NCBI RefSeq assembly: GCF_006345805.1
Contig: NC_042998.1
Location: 93,744,001 to 93,808,000 of the forward strand
Direction of reading: 5' to 3'
Source of the DNA: Octopus sinensis
Lineage: Eukaryota
DNA: 64,000 nucleotides
A program made the translations under genes and the position numbers. Positions 53,128-64,000 of this stretch are shown in pieces; within the stretch, counting starts at the first letter, position 1; the number at the start of each line of letters is the position of its first letter. The notes under the pieces are model-generated. The model was not told the DNA's origin, did not search any database, and was given only the letters and a program-made list of their open reading frames with translations.

Positions 53128-55749
53128 GTGAGTGTTTTTAATATTGGCAAAACAGGAAAACGTGCTTTAATTAAAATACTTGCTGTATACAAATTTTATA
53201 TTCAATTAAGAGAAGCTTGACGTAGTACCAGTAAAAAGTCAAAGAAGACTGCAAGTTTATCTAAGAGTTGCAGTATACTGATGAATGAATATTTTTCAAT
53301 CAGCTTGATAGTCTAGCACTGTCCTAAATATCTGAGTACTTCCTTGTACATATTTGAAATGAACTATTTTATGACCCTGGATACGTAACCCAATATTCAG
53401 AATGTAATTTTGACAATGTTTAATGTGTGAAGTCGCCAAGACAAAAGCTTCAGAAAGTTCTGAGTTCTATTGTGCTGAACGTGTGTTTATGCGAACTATT
53501 TCTATGATAACTACAGTAATTATTTATGAGAGCTGTCAATGTAGATTAAATTATAAAGTTTCCATTGAAGGATGTTTTTGAAGTTTATAGAAACCGTGCA
53601 TGATTGTCATGAGTTATTTAAGTTGTATATGGGTGATGCCTGTCTGCGAAAGTTTAAGGAGGTATGAAGAATGGTATCACCTACATAACAATATGTTTGT
53701 TTGTAGTAACATAACCAAACCTTGGAATAAACCCCACTCAGCTAAGCTCTTGGAGTCAGAGAGTAGAGCATGTAGTGATAAGAGCCCAATCAACTCATGA
53801 TGCAAAGGTGCAGTCTTACTGCAAATGCCTAATCTAGTAATTGATTAAACACTTAGGGTTCATAGGTAGACAACTTTGTTAGATTGTTTGTTAATGATCT
53901 CTTGTATTGATAGCTAGAGTTTTTCTCCAATGTTCTTAGCTAGAGAATTTTCTTTCTTAGACTCGTCTGACTCGTCCAGTTTGATACCACCATTTAGTCA
54001 CTGGGTGCCTTTAGTGTTGTTTACTTTGCTGCAAGCATCCAGGCCACAACCCTCGGTTGTCTCCCTGTCCACATTTTTCCTGCTGACATTGACCTTCAGA
54101 TGTATGGGCTGGGCATTGGGAAATTTTTATGTAAATACTTGGGAACAAAGGGGGTTTAGCTACAGATGTATCTGTGCAGTTTTTAATTTTTGTCTCCTAT
54201 TTAGATATTGACATAAAAAAATATGTAGTGTTATGGTAAAGCACTTGTTAGACAAAATCACGGTAATTATAATAATAATTAACTTCAAAATGTGAATATT
54301 TAAGCAAATTATAAACAATAAACAAAAGTATAATTATCAAAATCAAGAGTATTTTGACATACAATAAAGACAACCACTGCACCTGTAGTATTAGGTAATG
54401 TCCTAATAAGCACATGCACATACACACATACTCATATCCACATACTCGTTTTTGGTATGTGTGTTTGTAAAGGTGGTGTACTTTACTAAATCGTAGTAAG
54501 AAGGTACTGAAAAAGTGCTAATAAAATAAAGAGGATAACAATCAAACAAGTTTGAGAAATGCTAAATTCATCAATCTCATCTATTTAAGAGTACCTACAA
54601 AGATAACTGGAATTAACACTCTTCTCATGACTTACTTAAAAGAAATTGTATTGGCTCTTGCCACAGTTTCCACTTTAATAATAATTCTTTGTTGTATTTT
54701 TAACAGATTATCCGCAGTTCTTTTAAACACCTTTTATATCTCAGCTCAGCTAATCACATTAGATGCTCTTGGACCGCTGACTCCTCTAAATAATCGGAGG
54801 CTTAAATTATATTTTATCTTTGTTTTTTGTCTTGTACGCTTTCGGCTTAATTATCAGAGTGATTGTAAAGACTTTCTCAATTGTCACAGTGTCATACTGC
54901 CATACTACTAGAACTAGATTCGCCTCTGAGCCGGGCCTAATTAATGACTTTCATGTTATTGGACCCGCTCCTTATTTTATAAAATAAGGACAATTGCAGT
55001 TGCTTTTGAGTCTCCTTCCCCGTTTCTGGCTGTTACAGAGAGCTCTAAATGTTGTCTGTCCGGTCAGTAAATTAGAATTATTCCATTTGATCATTATTAA
55101 CTAAACTGATCATATGATTAGCTACAAAATGGGAAACAAATCTGCTAACCAGAACTATACATCAGAAACCTTCCATGAACAGCTAATGAGTGTATGAATG
55201 TAATTAGAAACATTGCGACATTACTTCAGTCGTATCTCTCTCTTCATGCCATGTCATGGGTATCGAATTCCTCGACGGGCATCGTAGGAGCGCCATCGTG
55301 ATATACAACGTCTTGAGTACTTTTTAGACGTAGCATAGCTCTTCTTCCTCCAGATCTAAATAAACTTGATTTTTTTTCCCGGAGAGCAAGAAACAGACGG
55401 AAAGAAAGAGTTGGAGAAGGATCGACTCGAGTATAAGATTCCTGATTTATTTATCGAATACAAATGAATGAAAGGCACAGTTTACCTCAGAGGGATGTGA
55501 ACTCAAATTTCTAGGATCAAAAACGATGACTGCCAAACAATTTATCCACCATTCTGACAACTCAGCCAACTGCCCGTTTATATTTCTTCGTATACAATAA
55601 GTACCTATCATTTCCTTTCTTTTACCACGGGTACTTCATAATGGCATTTCTGTTATTTTGTTTTCTCCGTTTTTTTTTTATATAAAATTTAACTTAAAAG
55701 AAATAAAATGTTTTCTCTTTTACTTCTCTCTTTCTAAATGCGCTTTTAG

Positions 55750-56025
55750 CGTTGGTGGATAAAACTCTGCAGACTATAAATACAACAGATGACGGCAACA
55801 TCGAAATCTTCCTTCACAAGAAATACCAGAGCACTGTTAAAGTGAGCTATGAAGAGACTGGTATTGGAGATTGTGATGATATTTCAGCAAATGTATCCAG
55901 CATTACATTTGATTCAAACTTCGTTGTGTTAAATACCAGCTTATGGCGACATTATACAATTACTGTGGAAATTATGTCTCCCTATAACTTACATTACGTC
56001 GAATCAGTACTAACTGCCGAAATGG
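55750..56025 (+). CDS. Exon (phase 1-1), divergent FN3-like domain
   Basis: Long pyrimidine tract plus ttttAG, GTAAGT donor; ALVDKTLQTINTT...LWRHYTITVEI...VLTAEM; open for 276 nt. Confidence 0.85.
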
Positions 56026-56929
56026 GTAAGTGAATTGGCTATAACACTGGTCAACTTTTTTTTAGCGCCAAAGTAATTAGACTGACTTTAAAGTAAGTTT
56101 GGATGCTAATACTAAATATGACATCAATTTTGCTAGATTGGTCCTTGCCTCTTTACAAAACCAGAAGCCCCATATTTGAGGATTCACCTTTTGAGCCCTT
56201 GTCAGTTTTATAATATGAAGAAGTTGTTGAATTGATTTTTTTAAAGTATTAGGTCGTCTAGTTTATTTTACATTTACTGATGGAATTAAAAACACATTTT
56301 AGTTCTATCTTAAAACGTCAGAAATTATTGACACAAAAATTGAACCACAAATGGTAACACTAAAAGTCATGAAAACCAAACTCAAAATATTTTATGGCAT
56401 CAATAATTGTGTACTAGACAATACAATAATATTGGCTAAACTTTTTGAAAATCCTAAAACCCATACCTATGTTTTGTGGACAACCTCTGCCACCCTAATT
56501 TTAGTAAGAGATTAAATGAAACAAGAATTGTTTTAGGGAGAAAATTCGTTTGAAAATAGTTAATGCCTTATTTTAAATAAAAATAATTCATTATTATTTT
56601 TTTACACACATTATTTCGCAGAACCTCAGAATTTTTAACGGAGCGCTGAAGTGGGGTCCTCAGAAATCACTTTGCGAAATACTGGATTAGAATACGCCGT
56701 AAAAGAAACTAGAGGCTTCAGCTATCATACCTATGGCCTGGTTACACGATATACAAGTAGACATCAATGGAAAATTCTCCTTACACTTACCTAAACACTT
56801 ACCTAAACACCGAACACGTTTAATTTACTTTTTACAAATGATTACTCGTTGTATTTGGAGATTTCATACAACAGTTTTTGTACTTTGAAAAATCCAATTT
56901 TTCAAGGCTGCTTCAAAAATATTTTGCTA

Positions 56930-57134
56930 TGTAATCGGTTGTGTGTTTAAAAAGTTCGTTTTCCCATTACGCAGCTACGGATTCAGACACACTGCGTGAC
57001 GTTTTGAATAAATGTCTTCTACTATAGCCACGGGCCAACAAAAGCTTTATGACTGAATTTTGTAGACGGAAACTGAAAGAAGACCCTTCGTACACACGCA
57101 TATGAATGTGTCTGTCTGAGATGTGTGTGTGTGT

Positions 57135-57174
<40 letters not shown>

Positions 57175-57425
57175 TGTGTGTGTGTGTACCTATGTGTATC
57201 TGAGTCTACTGAACTTTATAGCATGACAGCTATAAATGAGCATCATTATAATATTAGTGGTTTCATTTGTTTCCAGTCTTATGTAAAAACATGTCTAACC
57301 ATAGAGAAGTATTTCCTTGCTTGGAAACAGGTGAGGGTTGGCAGCAAAAAGGACTGTTCGTTTATAGAAAAGCTACCTTCGAAAATTCCGTCTAACTCAT
57401 GTAATGCAAAGAAAAGTAGACGTTA
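56930..57425 (+). mobile_element. Diverged S2-related SINE in intron
   Basis: tgtcttctactatagcc...gtagacggaaactgaaagaag matches the S2 core. Confidence 0.6.
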
Positions 57426-57798
57426 AAGACGGTAATGATGATGATGATTGTGGATATTAATTTTAAATTTATCGCATCATAAACATTACCCTTTTTGCTG
57501 TCTTAACCTTATCTCACCAAAATACATACCCTTTTCACTGACTTTCACACGATATAACCAACAGTAATTTATTATTCGTTTCTAGGGATGTGTTAAAGAA
57601 ATCCTAATCGCATGGGATTAGATAACGTGTCACATTAAAATAGATATGACCTCATTTGTTTCATACAATAGATTTGACTTGAGTGTTTTTCGCACGTACA
57701 TACATGCCCATTCTTATATACATGCGGAATTCAAGAAATTTCTGTTTATAATAGCAACAGCAACAATACGTACCTAGGTATATATGTGTGTGTGCATG

Positions 57799-57871
<73 letters not shown>

Positions 57872-58015
57872 CACCTAAATGTGGATAACCCTTGAGGGTC
57901 GATGGGTTGTAGCCCCAGGAAGACATCTCCTCCAGCTGGCTATTGACACACTATCTGTGCCCTATCAGTATTTGCAAAAGGAAGTCATCGTTCCCATCCC
58001 CAACCTGACGTGATA

Positions 58016-58060
58016 CACACGGACCCGAGTTTCTGAGTATAGACCCGTCATCAGCATGTG
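58016..58060 (-). ncRNA. Minimal type I hammerhead motif in intron (antisense to the gene)
   Basis: CACAUG CUGAUGA CGGGU CUAU ACUCA GAAAC UCGG GUC CGUGUG; 6-bp stem I, GUC triplet, C-A mismatch at the base of stem II. Confidence 0.75.
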
Positions 58061-58249
58061 ACAGCCATCGCTTGGCGATGGGAAGTGGTTCTCAATGCAA
58101 ATATATATACTTTTTCCAGTGACGAAAAGTCACTGACCTCAAAAAAGTGGCTAACCATTAAGGGTTGGCCACATTTTGGTGGCAAATATACTTCACGATG
58201 TCGTGAAGCAACTGTTTATAACTGACTCAGAGATTTATTATTGCATGAT

Positions 58250-58908
<659 letters not shown>

Positions 58909-58909
58909 T

Positions 58910-58948
<39 letters not shown>

Positions 58949-59571
58949 GATAGATAGATAGATAGATGCCAGGCTATGGAACAGAACCAGAAACTAAATT
59001 GTTCCGAAGCTAACTTCTGAACCACACAAGCTCTGTAGATTTACTTTCGATATAAAGTCGATATCTGCTATCTTTGAAGCACATTTTCAGTCCTTAACCC
59101 TGATGAATAACGAGGTTGGTTATATCTACATTTCTGTGTTGCTGTCATTCCCAGAAAATTGATTTTTGAGGCTTCTCTTTAGTTATATACAACTTTCTGT
59201 AAATACATTGTCGATCCCTGAATGAATAATGGACATAATATTTTGTAGATTAGTATAGTCAATTCCGCTTAAGTGCGTTGCATTGGAGAACGAAATTATC
59301 ATCTGAATTTGCAATTAAGCGGAATCAACTGTACATCTAATTTTTTATTTCTATTTTGTCTTAATTCAATTCATCATTTTAATTCATTTAAAAAAAAGGT
59401 ATGCGCTTTAGCAGAACTGACTGAAGTGCATCTAATTTTTATGAATTTTTATTCATCAACAGCAAAAAATTATTTTGGCAGTAATAATCAATTTCCTTTT
59501 AATTTGAGTCTACCTTCTTGTCTATGATAAAACTTATGTGTTTTAAATTTGAAAACACTTTGTTTCTGCAG

Positions 59572-59865
59572 TGCCAACAGGAAAAATAAAAGATGTCAGA
59601 ATAATAAGTCTATCAGCAAATCACGTGACCATTGAATGGGACAATTTACCTTGCGCTGAAAGAGGCGGCGTTCTCATTCGATACGAAATTGTTATTCAAT
59701 CACATGACATAGCAGCAGCACATTCAACTTTGAAGACGAAATACCAGTTTTTGGTTATTCCTGATTTAAAACCGTTCACAAAATACGGTATTAGTATTCG
59801 GTATGTGAACTCAGTAGGAGCCGGAGGTTTCAGCGAAGAACTAAAATTTCAGACGTTACAAACAA
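59572..59865 (+). CDS. Exon (phase 1-1), FN3 domain
   Basis: ttctgcAG acceptor, GTAAG donor; VPTGKIKDV...IEWDNLPCAERGGVLIRYEI...DLKPFTKYGISIRYVNSVGAGGFS is a canonical FN3. Confidence 0.93.
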
Positions 59866-59899
59866 GTAAGAGTTTATTTATGTACAGTTAGACGGCATG

Positions 59900-60055
59900 T
59901 GTGTAGAATCGTTAGCACGCCGGGCGAAATGTTTAGCTATATTGCATCCATCCTTACGCTCTGGGTTCAAATCCCGCCGAGGTCAATTTTGTCTTTCAGC
60001 CTTTTGTGGTCGATAAAATAAGTACCAATTGAGCACTGGAGTCGATGTAATTGAC
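59900..60055 (+). mobile_element. S1 SINE fragment
   Basis: gaatcgttagcacgccgggcgaaatg...gggttcaaatcccgccgaggtc. Confidence 0.75.
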
Positions 60056-60438
60056 AACTATTCTTGGGTATGAGTATTAAAAAAATCTGCATCCCTCTGT
60101 TGAGCCAGTGTGGAAGAATTGGCTCATCAAACCAGTATGAGGTGGAGAGAACATGCTAAAGCCTTCGTCCTGAAGTGGACTGAACATGGGCAATCTAATC
60201 CATGTTAGCGAAACAGTTGCTTAAAAAAAAAATAAAGTAGAAGGTCAAATACCTTAGTGTATCTCGACTCAGGTTCAACTCTCAAGATGTTCTAAGTGCA
60301 GATTCAACAAAGATCACATCAAGCTTTTATTCCTTCTCGATTTTTGAAGTAGCATCTACCAATATAAAAAAAACTCTTCCTAGATATCAATATTTACGCC
60401 GGCTGAAGTTACAGGATCCACAAATTGCCTCCACAATA

Positions 60439-62040
60439 CCAGGTTGCATCAAAAGTTTTTCCATATTTCAAATTTTAATTAATAGTACAATCAAATAACA
60501 TATGAAAAGCGTTTATTCATCGAAATATGTCCCACCATATTCCATTGTCTGTTGTCATCGTTGTGCTAGAATCTCAATTCCACGCTTACACCATTTGGCT
60601 GGTTTAGAAGCAAAAGACTCCCTGCGCCCATTTTCCTCCTCATCCACATTATTGAACCTACATACGTGTAGGAAATGAGCCATGGCTAAGAAAAGATAGT
60701 GCACGTCTTCGACTGCCAAATGCCGGGTAACGGGCTTTCAAAACATCATACGCTCATTGCAGTTATTGAGCATAAAGTTAGTGTTCACAGCATTACTATT
60801 TGCGACAAGTGCAACACACCCTCGAGATTCCAACAAACACACAACATGACCTGTTCAAACCGCCCTTGTTTGACAACAGGTTCTGAAGCCTGGCCGGGAC
60901 GCGAAAGTTTTTTTTCCCACGAGAGTTATGAACTTATTTGCATACAATCAATCAGAGCTCAACTATCAAACTAATTTATGAGCGTATAGCAAGTGATAGA
61001 CGATAAGATAAGGTCACTTGGGTAAGGAATGACCATGCTTTTTTCTATTTTAATAATGCTTGTTGTTCTTGTTTCAACCATGGCTGCCTATGCGTAGTTA
61101 TTTGTGTGGTTGTTTACTTTTAAAACAGTAAGGGGAGAGGGTTGCTAGCACATCACCCTCTACCCACATTTTTCCCATCCACGTCTTCACCATATGGGAC
61201 CCTAACAAAATCCGATAATAGGTATAAATGCAAATATATCTAATTACTTGTCTCCTAAAATCAGAAATAACTTGGTGATCGGTCAACTTACAGCATCGTT
61301 CTTCGACTTGAGTTTACTTGATAGAGTGTGTTTTACCGAGAGATTGGTTGTTTTTTTAACACATTCACGAATGTTATGACAACAAGGTCAAGGTAACCTC
61401 TGATTGGCTATATGCAAATGAGTTCATTAATGGGGTCCGGAACTCCCGTGGGGAAAAATTTCGCGGCCGGGACGAAGCCACTGATCTCTCTAATTAGGAT
61501 TGCGAAAATAGATTCATTTTTCACCCCTAGTCATAATTCGACGACAAAACGGGCATCTCGAGGATTTGCCAGCAATTGTTTGTAAATGTTCACGTGTCAT
61601 TATACAGGTGTCGATTGATGGTGTTTTGTGAAGAACCAAGTCTGCCGACAATGTACGAGTTCTTGTGCTCGGATGTTCAACCATTTCAAGGCCTCATTAT
61701 CCACAATAGATCTCCGTAATCTTGGCTTCTCATCGAGGCTGGTGTCACCTTCTTGGAACGTTTGAACCAGTTTTGTGCCACATGTTCGTTGACAGTTCCT
61801 GGTCTTTCCACATCATTTATTTCTTTTGCCGCTGCTTTTGCACTTAGTCCTTTTCCCCATAGGTAGCATAAAATGGCTCTAATAGCGATTTTTCACTGCT
61901 CATTATCAGAGCTGTGAACTAAAGACTAAACAATTCAGTAGCAATTGGACAAGTTGTATCAAATTAACAATGTTATACGGAGATACAAGTTGCCAAAAAT
62001 CATCAGTGAAAATCCGAAAAAAACTTTGGACTTAATCTGG
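60439..62040 (-). mobile_element. Old mariner transposon interrupted by a MITE
   Basis: Imperfect TIRs (ccaggttgcatcaaaagttttt / aaaaactttggacttaatctgg) with TA flanks; remnants AQNWFKRFQEGDTSLDEKPR and FASKPAKWCKRGI...GTYFDE*. Confidence 0.8.
60901..61464. mobile_element. MITE (same family as 10076-10597) with a 9-bp TSD
   Basis: ggccgggac duplicated at 60892-60900 and 61465-61473; ends GCGAAA...TTTCGC. Confidence 0.88.
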
Positions 62041-62703
62041 TAGATTGTGCATGATTAACTAAGAGGCAGGTCAGTTGTATATTGCATTTTGCACTACTTT
62101 GTGTCGATAATAAAGACTTAGCAACTCTCTACGGCTGAGTTTAGCTTCAACTTTTGCAATTATCAATGCATTCTATATCATGGACCCTGGCGAGTTGTAA
62201 AGAGTAGATTATGAACGATTTGTTTGTAAAATTCACATTACATGTCAGTTTACTGAAATGAAGGGTATAAACTTGGCCTCTCGTTTTGGTGGCATATGAA
62301 TCATTTACTCCCTAAGCAAATAAGGAACAATATATTTAGCAGATAAAGGAAGAATAGCATCAGCTTGTACAAGACACCCGTCTGTCATACCTTTTCCAGC
62401 GAAACATTCGTCAATGTTATAGTGTTACTGCTGCTTACAGCAACGAGTTATTTCTACCCTCCAGCACCTATATACACCAAGTTAGAGTGGAGTATTTAAG
62501 AGAAGAGTTAAGAAACCAATAATACAACAAAACGCAGTTGTTCACTCTATTTTTATCCAATAATTCTATCAGCTCAGCAATCTGTAATGTCTAATCCTTT
62601 ATGCTATATTTTTCAATATTTTCTTTCTGTCAATATAATCGACTTGTCACTTCCCCACTCCGAAACTGCTGGCCTTCTGCCAAAATTTGAAACCAATGTT
62701 TAA

Positions 62704-62923
62704 CCCGTTAGCATTTAAACCGGCCACATCAGGCCTAAATATTCCACCTACTGCATGTTCAAACCAGCCAAATCCAGCCTCTCACACCTACTCTACTATG
62801 TCAATTTTAAAATATACAAACACACCATCGAAATCTTGAAGCTACGAGACAGTGCATGATTAATAGAAAACAATGTGAATAAATAAGCATTACATTTGAC
62901 AGAGTAACATGAATGCTAAAGGG
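62704..62923. mobile_element. piggyBac-like MITE
   Basis: TTAA on both sides; TIRs CCCGTTAGCATT / AATGCTAAAGGG. Confidence 0.85.
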
Positions 62924-62924
62924 T

Positions 62925-63308
62925 TAAGGCAAACAGCTGGCAGAACTACGTTCTGAGTTCAAATTCCGCCGAGGTCGACTTTGCCTTTCATCCTTTCGGG
63001 GTCGATAAATTAAGTACCAGTTACGCACTGGGGTCGATGTAATCGACTTAATCCCTTTGTCTGTCTTTGTTTGTCCCCTCTATGTTTAGCCCCTTGTGGG
63101 CAATAAAGAAATAAGAACCATTAGCACGCCGGGCAAAATGCTTAGCGGCATTTCGTCCATCTCCATGTTCTGGGTTCAAATGCCGCCGAGGTCATCTTTG
63201 TCTCTCATCCTTTCGGAGTCAATAAAATCAGTTAAGCACTAGGGTCGACTTGACTGATTTAGCTCCTATCCTGAATTTGCTGCCTTTGTGCTAAAATTTG
63301 AAACCAAT
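62925..63308 (+). mobile_element. Nested S1 SINEs abutting the last exon's acceptor
   Basis: A young S1 3' part (about 62947-63115) is inserted into the head of an older S1 copy. Confidence 0.8.
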
Positions 63309-63333
63309 CTTCCTTTTCTGTCAATTCTTTCAG

Positions 63334-63554
63334 TTCCAGATGCTCCCTTACTGAGTGACATAATTACGAAAGAGAGAGGGGCAACAGTGACATGGAAACG
63401 AAGTAAACATCCAAATGGTATATTAACCGTGTACATGGTAAGATGCATCCAAACAACCGATCCTACTCAAGTAATAGATATCATTCATCCGGCTTCAAAA
63501 GATGCTGCAGTTACCTTCTATGGTTTACAACCATATACTAATTATTCAGTAAAG
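63334..63554 (+). CDS. Exon (phase 1-0), FN3 domain; gene continues beyond the window
   Basis: ttctttcAG acceptor, AAG/GTATAT donor; IPDAPLLSDI...VTWKRSKHPNGILTVYMV...GLQPYTNYSVK. Confidence 0.9.
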
Positions 63555-64000
63555 GTATATAGTAAACATGTTCTTCAGCCTTAATTTTAACCTAGAAGTT
63601 ATTATCTCCCCTCTAGTGATAGATTCACAACGTGTATATATTAAACATATCAATGAATAGTAATTTCTAAAGTAGAAATTATTCGCTCATTACCTGTCCA
63701 TTTCGTTTTACTTTTTGTGGGAATTTTTCTGACTCATGTCACAAATAGTGCAGCTACCTTTGAGGAAGAATATATCACAAAGATCTATGTAGTTTAGTAA
63801 CATACTGAATCTTTATATTATAGTTACCTATCACTATATATTATGTAGTAAATAATTTATATATTATGCTATATAGTAGAGTATTATTTCTGCATTCCAC
63901 TGAGTCTCAAATTTATATGTAAATAATCACAAACAAAATACATTTTCAGTACTCATCATTATAGATCTCATCACCCAAAAAGAATATATGTTAAGGAAGA

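Noticed and set aside
53250-53900. Very old minus-strand LINE RT relic in intron
   Set aside because: Only faint motif remnants; too degraded to support by eye.
59099-59130. CTGATGA followed by a small hairpin
   Set aside because: No GAAA strand or NUH with matching stems nearby.

Overview
Eukaryotic, AT-rich, microsatellite-dense animal DNA. The SINE families and repeat landscape look like a coleoid cephalopod, probably Octopus (inference). Nearly all ORFs in the supplied track are microsatellite artefacts. One real host gene is visible: seven GT-AG exons on + (48552-63554) splice in frame to two laminin/MEGF-type EGF repeats followed by FN3 domains, i.e. the ectodomain of a Tie-like or receptor-phosphatase-like protein, incomplete at both ends. 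The rest is transposon debris: four Tc1/mariner relics, hAT, piggyBac-like and 9-bp-TSD MITEs, a solo LTR, CRE/R4/RTE/CR1 LINE fragments, two Penelope GIY-YIG fragments and many tRNA-derived SINEs. The most striking signal is about 15 hammerhead ribozyme (HHR) motifs inside small non-coding elements that sit in (TA)n/(CA)n tracts. Eight are ordinary type I. Seven, in two sequence-unrelated families, have the core strands in the order NUH > GAAA > CUGAnGA. That order is a non-circular permutation, not type I, II or III, and it shows compensatory base changes. One family forms a retrozyme-like element with direct repeats 765 nt apart. All structures were paired by eye and none is experimentally verified.
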